A stretch of DNA of 64,000 nucleotides from Laetmonice hystrix (taxonomy: Eukaryota), in assembly GCA_965235115.1 (NCBI GenBank), contig OZ249437.1, positions 27,590,001 through 27,654,000 on the forward strand. Direction: 5' to 3'. This document shows, piece by piece, positions 1 to 13,800 of the stretch (the first letter of the stretch is position 1; the number at the start of each line of letters is the position of its first letter). A model generated the notes under the pieces. The model was not told the origin of the DNA, did not search any database, and saw only the letters and a program-made list of their open reading frames with translations. The translations under genes and the position numbers were made by a program.

Positions 1-1127
1 GGGGGGGTCGGGGTCTCAAGGCCCAGAAACGATTCCTCAAGGGTTCAGCTGGACACAAAACCAATTTAGTGGGGAGGCAGGACGTCGAGTGAGGCGGAGT
101 TGTCAGCGTGTGTGTGACGTTCAGTGGAAACCTACACGTGCCTCGAGACATGCACGTGCCTTGATACCTGCACGTGTATCCGACACAATCCTTGGCTTCC
201 CGGAGATCGTTAATCAAGGAGGTCATGATGATGTCCAAGGTTTTCACGACATGTGCTGACCTGCACTTTTACTGTGCTCGGCTGTAGCAGGCCACAATAA
301 TAAACGCGTGAGATTGAGCGATGGTAGGTCTACTACAGGGAGATTACAGGGAGAGACTGGGCGGTATGTTGGCGTGTTGTTTATAGGGACGATCAAACGA
401 TGATAATACTGACAGTCAGAGATGAGGAGGTGGTCATTATGGATTCCATACTGATCGGCCCTGATTTATTATTCTAGGACCGCCTCGGTGACTCTCCCGC
501 CATTCGTTCATTTATTCTCACATGATGAGGCACAAAAATCGATTCCTCCATTCAGGGCTAATTCTGAGTGATATCGCACACCGTATGATGTCAATTTTCA
601 GAGTGAAAAATAGAGATTGTTCAACACCAGCTTGAATATTTGTATAATATTTTATTACGCACGGTTATCTCGGTATCTGTACACTAGGCAGTCCTTATAT
701 TGGATCTCTTACTCTTGATTAACTTCTGGCAGTCCACTCTATGGAAAATTCATTTTGTTAGCCGAGTGTTTAAATACAAGAGATGTGCATGGCCATGAGA
801 TAATAAGACTATACTTTAATATAGGAAGAATTTGTATATAGGGAGTACATGCCGTAAAAAAATACCAAGTAAAAGTAGAAAAAAAGAACGGAACTTGAAA
901 ATGAAATTTGTTACGTAATTTGTTCGTCCGTAGAACACTAAGTTCATGATGTTGGGACCGGGTAATAAGTGGGCCAATGAAATTACTGATCTGCTGTTAG
1001 GTTAGGTTATGGAAACATATAGTGACTTGGTCTGGGTCCTTAAACATGAACAAGATTAAACTGGTTGATATTACATCATGATTATTGTACGGCAAATGTT
1101 AGGCTTTACCAGTTTAGTGTTGGACAG

Positions 1128-2348
1128 TGTTTGGTGTTGTTGTGGGGCAGACCCAAAGGTTCAGCTGTTTGGTGTCGTTGTGAGACAGACCCAAAGGTTC
1201 AGCTGGTTGGTGTTGTGGGGCAGACCCAAAGGTTCAGCTGGTTGGTGTTGTTGTGGGACAGACCCAAAGGTTCAGCTGGTTGGTGTTGTTGTGGGGCAGA
1301 CCCAAAAGTTCAGCTGGTTGGTGTTGTTGTGGGGCAAACCCAAAGGTTCAGCCATTTGGTGTTGTTGTATTGCAGACCCAAAGGTTCAGCTGTTTGGTGT
1401 TGTTGTGGGGCAAACCCAAAGGTTCAGCCACTTGGTGTTTTGTATTGCAGACCCAAAGGTTCAGCTGTTTGGTGTTGTATTGCAGACCCAAAGGTTCAGC
1501 TGGTTGGTGTTGTTGTGGGGCAGACCCAAAGGTTCAGCTGTTCGGTGTTGTGGGGCAGACCCAAAGGCTGAGCTGTTTGGTGTTGTGGGGCAGACCCAAA
1601 GGTTCAGCTGTTTGGTGTTGTTATGGGGCAGACCCAAAGGTTCAGCTGTTTGGTGTTGTATTGCAGACCGAAAGGTTCAGCTGTTTGGTGTTGTTGTGGG
1701 GCAGACCCAAAGGTTCAGCTGTTTGGTGTTGTATTGCAGACTCAAAGGTTCAGCTGTTTGGTGTTGTTGTGGGGCAGACCCAAAGGTTCAGCTGTTTGGT
1801 GTTGTTGTGGGGCAGACCCAAAGGTTCAGCTGTTTGGTGTTGTTGTGGGGCAAACCCAAAGGTTCAGCTCTTTAGTGTTGTGGGGTTACCATAAAGGTTC
1901 AGTTGTTTGGTGTTGTTATGGGGCAGATCCAAATGTTCAGCTGTTTGGTGTTGTTGTGGGGCAGACCCAAAGGTTCAGCTGTTTGGTATTGTTATGGGGC
2001 AGACCCAAAGGTTCAGCTGTTTGGTGTTGTTGTGGGGCAGACCCAAAGGTTCAGCTGTTTGGTGTTGTATTGCAGACTCAAAGGTTCAGCTGTTTGGTGT
2101 TGTTGTGGGGCAGACCCAAAGGTTCAGCTGTTTGGTGTTGTATTGCAGACCGAAAGGTTCAGCGGTTTGGTGTCGTTGTGTGGCAAACCCAAAGGTTCAG
2201 CTCTTTAGTGTTGTGGGGTTACCATAAAGGTTCAGTTGTTTGGTGTTGTTATGGGGCAGACCCAAAGGTTCAGCTGTTTGGTATTGTTATGGGGCAGACC
2301 CAAATGTTCACCTTTTAGTGTTGTTATGGGGCAGACCCAAAGGTTCAG
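1128..2348 (+). repeat. Minisatellite, 38-bp unit (35-38 bp variants), about 33 copies
   Basis: Unit GGGGCAGACCCAAAGGTTCAGCTGTTTGGTGTTGTTGT; explains the overlapping ORFs 1065-2318. Confidence 0.95.
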
Positions 2349-4098
2349 GTGTGTAGTGTTGGTTTTGGTAACCCACAATCACTGGATCCAGTAGACTGAA
2401 TGGTTACTTCTAGACTGCCAGGGTGTAAAGCCATGCAGTCAAAGCGAGGGTTACTGCCCACGTTCCTCTGATTTGTATCTAGCACTTGTCTTATCTTTCC
2501 AGTATGAAGCCCGTAATGCCTTTGCGTAATTACGTCTACATCCGTAAATATTCTCGGGATTTATAAAGAACACAATGTTGAGCATTTAAACTCTTAATTT
2601 TGACCGAATAAAAGAACGCCCCATTCTCCTCTGCTCCTCCAAAAAAGTCTCCATATTTTCAAATTAGAACCGTTGGTTGACTGCATTATTAATACGTTTC
2701 CTTTCCTATTCATGGTTGCTTTCATTAATCTTCAGTTGAGAGGTTTCCCAAAGCGGAATAGAAGCAAACGATGCGACTTGATCTATTAGTGTCTGACGAT
2801 TTTTTTTTCTATTGGTTGGGGGGGGGGCTGTGTCTGTGTGGTTGATGATGACCTGTGTTGAAGAGAACAGGACCGGGGAATAGGAATGTGGGTGGGGTGG
2901 GATGGGGGCTCCCGTGTTGTTGGTGGGGGTGGACTGGCGGGGTGGGGTATCGGGTTGGGTGCGAGTGGATGGGATGAGTGGGTGGGGTAGCGTTGTGTTA
3001 CCAGCCCCAGGATGTTTCGGTAAAGAGAGACTACATTCTCAATCCCTGCCAACATGTAGAATGCCTGTTTTGCAGTGGACAGAATAAAAATATACGATCA
3101 AAGATGTATGAGATGAATGGAGGCAAATAACTTTGAAGGGATTCGAAGTGGAAGGAATATTTCCTTCTGATGAGTGAGTCCTGTGAAGTGTTTTAACCCT
3201 CTTAACGGTTTAACCGTTACCACACCGAACAGATCGGGTGCTGTTATCATGTAGAATGACCACTCTACCGGATTGATACTATGTATTGATATTCTATTCA
3301 CTACCGGTATTTGTTATGTTGGAGCAGCCAATCCATTTATTGTTTAAACCCACAGTCATGGGGTTGTGTCCGTTCAAACTGGAGTCTGTCCAGGTACGGC
3401 AAATACTTTTGTTGTTGTTGGTAGGGGGGGGGGGGGGGAGAAACCTCAGTGCACGTAACGGGCATCTCTCTGTTAATCTTTAATTCCTAACAGGCCGTTA
3501 TGTTAGTACTAGAACTGCCAGTTGAGCGCCAGTGTCGCGTGTGACTTGTTAATTACTGTCGCTATGATATTGTGAATTCCAATTATCAGATACACGCTGC
3601 CGTTAGGGAAGGGTTAACTCACGCGGGACAATCACTGCATGCCGAGCTGCTGATACTCATGAAGGATTTATAATACTCCCGGCCCAACTTATCTCTCTGT
3701 CACAGCGGGAGGTAGGCTGAAAACATGTATGAATTATGGCCTTGGGTTGGCGGTATTATTGCAAACGATGAGGGTAGACCTGTGTGTGATGATACCTGTT
3801 GATTTAAAAAAAACAGTGGAGATTATGTGATCAACCTTGGACCTTTTAAAAAAGGGGATTTTTAACTATATGGTCCTCAGCGTTTGGAACACTTTACAAT
3901 TATTGGAGGACTGCCGATTTCATCACCACTTCTTCAAACATCTTACAGAAACATCCTTTGGGTCGCGATCCGGGTATGTGTAAGGGGATCTGATGATTCG
4001 TTGTCGACAGCGGCCGGTAGATCATGGAACACCTTAAAATGTGTTAATGTGTAGGAGATCCTGTCTAATACCTATTGTGTATTGTGCACGTTTGTATA

Positions 4099-4530
4099 CG
4101 AGTATTTCTCGTTCCAATGACTCCAAAATGAAGACATAGGCTGTTAGGTTATAGCTACATAAATCAATAAATTTATACCCATAGAAATGGGGGAATCTAA
4201 TGAAATTCAAAATTCCAGTTGCCTATTGTTATCGCTATGAAGCGAACGGCTCATATCTGGGTGTTGCCATAGTATTAACTTGAACAGCCAATAAAATTCA
4301 TCGCCTGATGAATTTCATTGGCTGTTCAAGTCAGTGCCAGGTCAATGACTTTGTCAATAACCAGCCATAGGACGATCGCTTCATAGCGACAACAGGCAAC
4401 TGGAATGTTGAATTTCATTAGATTTCTCCATTTCTGTAGGTAAACATTTATTGACTTATGTAGTGTAAGGCCTTATCTAACTTACCAGCGGATGTCTGCA
4501 TTTTGGAGTCATTGAAATTAGAGATACTCG
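4099..4530. mobile_element. Foldback/MITE-like imperfect palindrome, about 430 bp
   Basis: Arms pair along the whole length (CGAGTATTTCTC...CAATGACTCCAAAATG vs CATTTTGGAGTCATTG...GAGATACTCG); central hairpin ACTTGAACAGCCAAT...ATTGGCTGTTCAAGT 4278-4331. Confidence 0.75.
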
Positions 4531-5204
4531 CGGATTGCTTTAAGGTTAGGCAGTGTACTGGTCGTTATTGAGCCCAACGGCCAAGGAACTGGATCGAACA
4601 TTGTGTTCTTGCCAAAGGCTTCCAGACAACGATTGTCCAGATAGAGATACAAGTTCATTGACCTAAGCTCTGCTGTCATGGTAACAAGATGAGTACAGGG
4701 AGGGCACCTGTCGTCAGCCCCTCCTTCCCCTCACTCCAAACACACATTTCCCAGAAACCTAATCGGAAGTAAGGGCCAGCGTTTGTTGGCTGGACACCTG
4801 TCTTCATCAGCCTGGCACACCTGGAGTCCTTCCTGTGTCCGTGGACGTACATCAGATCTGCTAGCACGACAGGAAAAATCCGAGTTGTCAGAGCGGAAGA
4901 CTGACCCTCCCCGCCCGCGAATCTCCCCACCCCCCATGTCGGTGGGACCAATGCGGACCTCATTCGCATATGACAAATTTTGTAATATAAATATCCCTAG
5001 ACCTAACTTATTTTGAAGAAATTGAGGGGAAAAACACAAAAAACGACAAACAAGGGCAGGTGATTGGTTTGTGATTGGGTAAGCTACGCTTTGGTCCCGA
5101 CCTAACAAATCCCACTGCCGCCCAGCGCTCACATTATAGTGACATGGAGGCAAGTCGGGCCAAAACTAGTTTTACCGCAGGATTCTTTTTTTAAAGTCAG
5201 TTAA

Positions 5205-5429
5205 AGGGTGACCCAGCAAAATTCAGGATGAAATATTTCATGATTTAATCAGAATTCATTTTCGGGAGCAAAGGGAGTACATGTACTAATGTCGTAAACG
5301 AACGCTCCTAAGTGGTAAATGTGTACACACACATGTACCTGTATGTAGAAAAGGGTTGAAGTTAATTAATATGAACAGTAATAAGAAGTACTATGTCAAC
5401 TCCCATCCTGAATTTTGCTGGGTCACCCT
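5205..5429. mobile_element. Kolobok-like MITE (TTAA target duplication, TIRs beginning AGG)
   Basis: TTAA|AGGGTGACCCAGCAAAATTCAGGATG...CATCCTGAATTTTGCTGGGTCACCCT|TTAA, perfect 26-bp TIR. Confidence 0.82.
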
Positions 5430-6312
5430 TTAATTATACCCGTCATGAAGGCTTAAACATTTGTTATAGAGCTCTGATGGGTTCTGAAGGTTTATTATCG
5501 TGAACTTCGAGTGCCAGATTTCATGAAAAAAACTGGAATAATGTCAAAAATATGCCATGGCTATATGTCACGACTGAATATATTTTGATATGTTATCGTT
5601 CCCTCAAATAAAACGTTGTCGACCTATTTTGGCAAACCTTTTGTTAACTAACCTCGTAGACAGGTATAAATGTGACCAGGCTGGAAACCTCTTGACATTT
5701 TTATCATGTGTTGGAGTGAATCAACGTCCGCTTCATGATTCTGTGGCCATTCGAAGGCGTGTTAGCCTCGGTTGTCACAATGCAACAATTCTATGACCGG
5801 AGATAGGATGTGAATAGGACGCAGGTATATATAACCATGACAGCGGTAGTTAGGATGACGGGGCACGCCTCCGGCTTGTTACAGCTAGAGCTCATTAAGG
5901 TAGGATCCACAGTAATGATACCAGTACTCCAGTATCCTGAGTATAGAAATACAGTGTGGGCGGTTTATTTCTGGACTCATCACCTGGGATTAGTGCCACG
6001 TGATGGGTAGGCCTACGCCACCAGGCCCCCGCCATTGTACGCATTGTGCCATCTATTTGTTAGTGGAAAGGTATTTCAAATAAAGCGCACGGAATTTGGG
6101 TTGTCAGACATTTCGCCGAGCTCTCCGGTGTTGTGGAGGAGAGGTTTGGTAGGATCTGGTGAAGATGGATGTGTCACTTACTGATCTTTGACAACATGAA
6201 AGGATCGTCACTCTAGGACAGTTTATGAAGACTATATCCGTTCACCGAGAATAAAAGTCACCACCCCTATTATGACAACGTGAGAATGAGAAGGTATGGT
6301 GTCAGAAGCCGT

Positions 6313-7133
6313 GTTACAACCGATAATGTAATAACTGACCGATAATGTAATAAAGGTCAAAATTTTATAAATTATTACATTATCATTACATTATCAACAC
6401 CCTCTCCAACCGATAATGTAATAATCGACCGATAGTGTAATAAAATTCGGGAAAAATTGCTAACCGATATTGTAATACAATTTTGACGGATAATGTAATA
6501 AAATACGCTATTATAATGTAATACCATCTTGACCGATAATGTAATAAAGTGAAGAGGCAAATCTCTACCCTGCCTTGGGGGCTGTCCATAAATTACGTAA
6601 CGCTTGGGGGGTGGTTGGGTATGTAGGGTTCCGTTACAAAGCGTTACAGAGGGAGGGGTTGGGGTTAGGGTTAGGGTTACTTAGGGTTAGGGTTAGGGTT
6701 ACTTAGGGTTAGGGTTAGGGTTAGGGCCTTCGTAGGCCTACATGTAACAAACGATGGCCAATTTCGATACTCATGTTCATGGCCACGAAGCATGAATAAA
6801 CAAGCCAAGGTAGGCAGGATAGATGTTTGCCCTCTTTTGACTTTATTATTATCGGTCAAACTTTATTACATTATCGGTTAGCGTATCTTATTACACTATT
6901 GGTGAAAATTGTATTACATTATCGGTTAGAAATTCTATTACATTATCGGTCGATTATTACATTATCGGAGTCAAAATTGTATTACATTATCGGTTAGAAA
7001 TTTTGTTACACTATCGGTCGATTATTACATTATCGGTTGGAGAGGGTGTTGATAATGTAATGATAATGTAATAATTTATAAAATTTTGACCTTTATTACA
7101 TTATCGGTCAGTTATTACATTATCGGTTGTAAC
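6313..7133. mobile_element. Non-autonomous DNA transposon with about 130-bp near-perfect TIRs, 7-bp TSD and an internal (TTAGGG)n tract
   Basis: AAGCCGT|GTTACAACCGATAATGTAATAA...TTATTACATTATCGGTTGTAAC|AAGCCGT; subterminal CCGATAATGTAATA repeats; TTAGGG run at about 6665-6726. Confidence 0.88.
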
Positions 7134-7784
7134 AAGCCGTTTATAGAAGGCTCTCCCCCCTTGATATATTGGGCGCTGACTACAACAGCACAATGTGGTT
7201 CAGGTAGTGCCTTTATTGATCGTGACTCGCTGTACGTCTCTGACGACCTGCATGTATAGAGAGGGGTAGCCACACCCTGTACATTAACTGACAGAAAGGA
7301 GGATTTTTAATGGAAGGATATAGAGTGCCACAGTACATTTGTACAATAATTAAGTGCATAATTGTGGTTCCACACAGGTATACTAAGCGGTCCTGGTTTA
7401 ACATAATAAGGGCTAACGAACATGTGCACATAATTAACGGGATTATTATACCAAAGGCCTGTATTAGGAGTACCATGGCTATTCTTGTGAAGCTCCAAAA
7501 CCTGCCGCACTGCAGGCAGATATCATTGGTCATCAATTAGCCTTGTGGTCGTTTCTCTTCATCAATAGTAATTTCGACTTGAGTCATGGATCCAGTGGCA
7601 ATCTGCAGGTACTATTTTCGTCCTACCGAGGACGCATCGCTCACCGAGAACCAGTTTCGGAGTGGTGTAGTCGAGTTTTCGTATTTACGTTTGAAAGCAC
7701 GATTAAGTCGTTTCTCTCGTACCATGTGTCAATGGTGTCGGGAAGGGAGGCTTGGGTAACTAATGGTCTGTTTTATATTGTTAG

Positions 7785-7879
7785 ATCAATGGCCAAGTCC
7801 TGTACGGTCGATGTCACCTGAATGCATCCGCCATCATCAAGGGCATCACCTCATCAAAGGTCAAAATGATCATTGTCAG
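7785..7879 (+). CDS. MPDZ: MPDZ exon, PDZ8 C-terminal half
   Basis: ttag|ATC...GTCAG|gtacga, phase 0-2, [31 protein letters not shown](R). Confidence 0.9.
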
Positions 7880-10800
7880 GTACGAACAATTAATGGAATA
7901 TTTGAGTATTTATTATTGACGATAACAATATTGCTCCGTTAACCGTGGAAGATTGGTTTTATTTTGTTTTCCATTTAACTGGTTTTGTTTGTCGGAACTT
8001 ATTGTAGAAGAGAAGACTTCATGAAACGCATGGCTGTCAAACCACTCCGACTACCGCCGGTTCCGTTACGGGTAAGCTACCCTTTTTCTAAATGTCTCTT
8101 CAAACGTAGAACGTATTGTGGATTTTGCATGTCGTGAATGGCATAAGCGTATCGCAGGATTTCTTTATAATTAACCAGTTCATAAATTATATTTCTTCCT
8201 CAACTACCACTGCTATGGCAGTAGGATCCGATTTCTTGGCGAAATTATAGGGTATAGACGGTAACTTCAAAATTTAATATTTAAAAAACTATGCATTATA
8301 ATTCAATAATATCACTTCATGATATTATCGCTGGTATGTTAAAGTTTCAGCTCAATAGCTTTGATATTAATCCCGTGGCGCTAAAAACAAAAATCATTGT
8401 CTTAAAGCGCAATGCCGGAATTAAGTCAAATATCATGCAGCTGCCAGGCGTCCAATTTGACACCTGTTTGATGCACCGCATTGTACCTTGGGTAAAAAAG
8501 TTTTCAATATTTAGTTTTTGCATGTTTTACAATATGTATAATCCTAGTACTTCTTGAGAAAACCAGATGTTTAATGTGCCAAACCCTACAGAGAAACTGC
8601 AACATTAGGACGTTATGACTGTAACCAGAAGTTCAAGGGAAATCGTACCATTATCACGTTTAGTAACACGTTCAGAACGTTGCGTATTTCCCAATGTTGG
8701 GAAGATATTTCCCTATCAGAGATCAGGAAGTGCATTGGCTCATGGAAAAAGAGACTGAGAGCAGTATGAAGTGAAAACAGGGGACCGATTGACCACCTTT
8801 TGTAGTGTGAGGCCAGGGACTCTGGGTGCGACTACTCGCTTTAGCCCGGCATTGCGCTTTTGTACAATGATTTTTGTTTTTAGCGCTACGGAAATATTAT
8901 CCAAGCTATTGAGTTGTAACATTAACAACTAAGAGACAACATCATGAAGTGATATTAAGAAAAATTTCATTGAATTACAATAATTACTTTTTGAAATATT
9001 GAAGTTTAAAGTTCGGGACGTTTTTTTTTATCCACCCGATATAATATCTAACGCGATATTTTTCAGGACGACCCGAACACCCTCATCCCAAAGAAGCCGC
9101 GGTTATCAGAGCAACAGTCGGAACTCTCCCGGGTAGGTCTCACCGTCGTCATAACATCAGGGAGGGGTAAAAAGGGGGTAATTAACCCCCCGGGGGAAAT
9201 ATCGGGGAAACCGGTGGGAAATTAACTCCTCGCTAAACTGTTGTCTTTCGCGATTGAGCTGCCAAATGGTTCTCCGAAGGGAAAGGTCAAACTGGCGGTT
9301 TGTGGTATCAAGTGGGGAGTCATTAGCAAAAAGTAACTTGTTAAAAAAAAGCTACACATCTGCCACTAAATGATGGATGTTTCATTTTCAACTTTTCTCT
9401 CATGTATTTGGTCGGTATGGTAATGGAGGGATTGCCCTATATGTTGTGTTGTGGTGTCCAAATTATAAATCATGGATNNNNNNNNNNNNNNNNNNNNNNN
9501 NNNNNNNNNNNNNNNNNNNNNNNNNNNNNNNNNNNNNNNNNNNNNNNNNNNNNNNNNNNNNNNNNNNNNNNNNNNNNNNNNNNNNNNNNNNNNNNNNNNN
9601 NNNNNNNNNNNNNNNNNNNNNNNNNNNNNNNNNNNNNNNNNNNNNNNNNNNNNNNNNNNNNNNNNNNNNNNNNNNNNNNNNNNNNNNGCAGGTCTGGCTC
9701 GAGCCGACAGCAAGCCGAATACCAGCGTGTTAAACATAGATTTATGATCTCGCCAGGAAACTCGTCAAGAGAGACTCCTGGAGGGGGCCATCTGCATGGA
9801 ACGTGTTGCAAATAAACCCGTCATAAATCTGTAGGTCGGAGGAATATTTCCATCAGCGAGTGGCCTTAATAATGCCCAGGGGACCAGCGGTTGTGACGTC
9901 ATCCGAAATGATACTGTTCTCGTAAGGCTTGGGCTGAAGTAGCATCATGCAGGCCTGAGTATATTTATGTTCGGAAACTGTTAATGAAATGTGCACATTT
10001 CGAGGAAGGGGGCCGGGGGGGGGGGGGTTGCAATCTCCCCCAGGATGGAAGGGCTTCCCGCTACTGCTGAAACCCATGTTCTAACAGTTCGAGTTAAGAG
10101 AGTATGTGAGAAGAAAGGGCCGGTACGAATCAGAGATTCTAGAAACGGAAGAGAGCTAATTCAGGGAAATTAGGCTATCAGAAGGGAAAGAGGGTACCCC
10201 AATAACTCCTGTATGTCACAGAAGTTGGGTTAGGAACCCGCTAGGCGGCGCCCTGTGCAGGCGGGTGACCGTAATACAGCGGACCATTCAAACCGACTCT
10301 GGGTCATATTCAGGTACTCTGGCGGCGACCAAGGTCTAAGAGTGCGTGATGCTGGAGCACTAATAATTCATAACTCTCTTTGGTAGGAGAACAAGGAGAT
10401 CTATATTTACTATAGGGATAGAAAGTCTTTTACATGCTTTTCCTTAAGTTTAAGGTTGATCGCTAACAGGTGTGTACATTTGACCCTGACCTTGTCGGTC
10501 AAATATTTATATCTTGTACCTTTGTAATCTCCCGGAGCAACTAAGACTAAGATGACAAAGTATGTTCCACGGCACCATTAGATTGTTAAAGCTGATTGTA
10601 ATTTGTGAAAGCTGGCAGGACCATAAAAACCAGTTGTACTACTGAGGCTTACCAGTGAAAGTAAACTAATCGACCAAAAAATTATTATTTTTAATTTAAA
10701 AAAAAGAAAATAAGGAAGTTACCTTCTCATGCCGGGTATTGAATATAGGAAGCATGTGCTGCGACAGCCAAATTAAATTACAGCTTCATCGTTCATGTTG

Positions 10801-13800
10801 GAAATCCTCTTATATTAATATACATGTATTATACTTACCGGTATATAAAAACAGGTGGACTTTTCAATTTCCTCGTCTGGTCTTTCTCTGTGTGGGTGTG
10901 ATATGGCGTTTTTCCTGATTAAAATTATTATTACTGCTGCTCAAGCAGCTGCAGTGAAGATAGCGACATCTAGTGGCGGTCCGAGTATTAAATGCGATGG
11001 TTTCTATTGAATGTTGTCAGGATGAAACAGATGAGGACAATTCGGAAGACAACCACGTGCCACACCTCCCTCCCTTCAGTAAAGTAGATCTCTCATCGTT
11101 CAACACAAAGACCGTCACGTTACAGAAGGTAAGGCCAGAGATTCTTGTATTTTTTAAATACACAAATCTTAGTTTTCCACTGTTTGATAGTAAGTTTCAC
11201 CATTAATTTTGTCCTCTCCCTTTAGTTTCCTTCATGTTGATGAAATAGATAATTTCTTTCTGTTTAGGAAAAAATAATGTTCATAAAAGAAGAAAGAAAT
11301 GCATCTAAAATAATTGCTATCAGCCAGCTTACTTGCTGGCAATTTGACATAACATGTATATGTTGGTACGTGTCTTTTTTTCCAGGGTTATGCCGGTCTT
11401 GGTTTTGCGATACAAGAAGGCAATTCAGAAGGGCAGGAGGGAATATATATCAAGAATGTCACTCCGGGCGGAGTTGCAGATCAGGTAACGTGTTTTATCC
11501 TGAATTATAGGTTTCAGACTGGGAAAATATTGCCAGTAAACAGCACTGTTTTTGACATTGTTGCATCAAAGACGTCTGTGTAAAAGTTGTCTTATTATTG
11601 TCCACAGGAAGGCCATCTACATATTGGTGACAGATTACTCTCCGTTGATGATTGTTCTTTAGTAACACTTGGATATGACAAAGTGAGTATTTTATTGTAA
11701 CATCCAGTATTTCAGGGTGAACAGCTCGAAGTCGTGGCCAAGACGATTCGTCGGCCACTTTGTGTTGTTCACACCAGGGGGCGCGCGTTGGGGTGGTGAC
11801 ACCTAGCGTGGACGGTGATACTAACTCGAGATAAAGTCATGAGGAATGAAAAGCTCCTGTATATTACATTGTACTTGTCAGAAACATACCGGATGAGCTT
11901 TTATTATGAGCTCTTGTTTAATAGGCCAAGTACTTCGACATATTTACTGGGTGGCCAAAACGAACAAGTACATAGTTGTGAGACTAGGTTTTGCTTTTCA
12001 AACTGCAGGCAATAGAAATGTTACGCAAAACGAAAGGAACAGTGAGGATAGTTGCTGAAAAATCTGGCGAGAGCGACAGCTCATCGGCTGACAGTGAAAG
12101 CGCCGAGCCAATACAGGATTCCCAACCGAAGAAAATCTCTCCCGAGGTGATCGCCACCACCACTACCATCACCACCTCACAACATAACAAACCTGAACCA
12201 CTACCCGTGGAGAAGAAAACTTCAGGTAGGTTGACTGCTGCTAAACCCGATCTCTGGACTGAGTGTCTATCTGAGGGTGATGATACCCCTACCGCTCTAC
12301 GAGCAAACTGGTTATTGGATATGACATCAGAGAGTTCACCCAGTACGTACCCCTTCATCATGGTGTTAATATCTCCCGGAGTGACGTCCTCAAGGTCGAC
12401 AGGGCAACTGGAGGTGTCCATATTGTGTAGTGTCTTCCCCCAAAGTGTTTCAAGTTTCCCCCGTTGATTTTCTCCCCCCCCCCTCCAATGCGTGCTATAA
12501 TTTACATACGTGGTCTGTGACTTGTTCCTATGTAGTCGACGAGGCAGACTCCTTACCTGAAGATACCCCAGGCGAAGGTTCCCACGATGATGCTGACAGC
12601 TCAGGTGAGAGAGAGAGAGACGTCTTGGAACCAGCACGGAGAGTTTACTCAAACCAGCAGATACTAGTGTCAGTCGCCGTCTGTGTTTGTCCCGTTTTAT
12701 TTCCAACAGTATCTTTTGTTTTCAGCTGTTGTGATGTCGTTCAGTTGTACCCGTAGACAGTTTGCGCATTCCAGAAACTTAGACCCATTGAAAACGAAAA
12801 TTCATTCTTTGGGGGTCATCCGTTCTTCTGTCATTTTCGCTTTCTCGACCTCCAGACGGGTGCGATATCCTATTTGTAAAACCGACATTAGAAATATGTT
12901 TAACTTTGAGCGTACATTCATTGGGTCGAAGATTCTGTAATCTCGCAATCTCTTTGACCATTTCAGTTGCATGTCGTTTTGATTGCAGCAGTATTTTTCG
13001 TTGTGACCTATGGCCTTTGATATTTCTTGACTGTGATGAAATTAAAATTTACACTTAAAATTTAGTAATTGATTGTTGTGAAAGGAAATAGGTGGAAGTA
13101 CTTTTATATGTATTATGAAAGTACCCTGATCCCTTTAGAGAACCGTGTGTATTAAACATCCGCATTTCTTCTATGGACGATATGTCATTGCAGTCAAGAA
13201 ATGACAACGGTGTCTCTCTTAGCATTTCACGGCAAAAGACTTTACTTTGTAAAACTCCTCGAAGTACGAGGGGATTAATATTTACCGTTAGTATGGTTTA
13301 GGTTTTGATAAGTCGCCTTGATTTTACGTACAGTCGTTTGATATAAAGTTAATTGTATTGAATTGGTTGATGAGAATTAGTTGTCACCTGCTGACTGGTA
13401 TTGTTGACATGAAGACTACTGTCCTCAAAGGTAGGCCCTCTCTGTGCACGGATAGTTTCTGTGGACAATATTTATTTGTGGTATAGATATTTTTGTTTTG
13501 CCTAGCCTGCATGCTTATTTATCCTTTGCGTTTCGTCGCCAGAAATTGAGAAACCAATTGAAAATGGAGATGCCGATGTTGCTGTGGAAGTTGCTTCACT
13601 AGAAACAACTGCGGTAGAAGGTCACAAGCCGGAAACACAATCAGGAGAAAAACATGCAGGTACATATGAGGAAAACGCTTCACATGCTTTACAGGAATGT
13701 GTATCCGAATAGCCTCCCGGGATGTAAAATGAAAAGGATGGCTTTATTTCTGTTCGTGGTTAAAATTGTATTTTAGGCAGTGTTTATTTTTTTTTATATA

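Noticed and set aside
1065-2318. Six long overlapping Cys/Val/Gly-rich ORFs
   Set aside because: Produced by a stop-poor 38-bp unit that cycles through all three frames; no domain or splice support.
5843-5899. Possible upstream MPDZ exon ending GLLQLELIK|gtagga, resembling the start of PDZ8
   Set aside because: Similarity is weak, and the required next exon (GLGLSLAG...DELLE) could not be found before 7785.
6660-6730. TTAGGG tracts here and at about 17845-17890 and 26445-26460 as chromosome ends or fusion scars
   Set aside because: Short, degenerate, and embedded in interspersed-repeat context.
9366-9815. ORFs spanning the N run
   Set aside because: Open only because of the X residues from the assembly gap.
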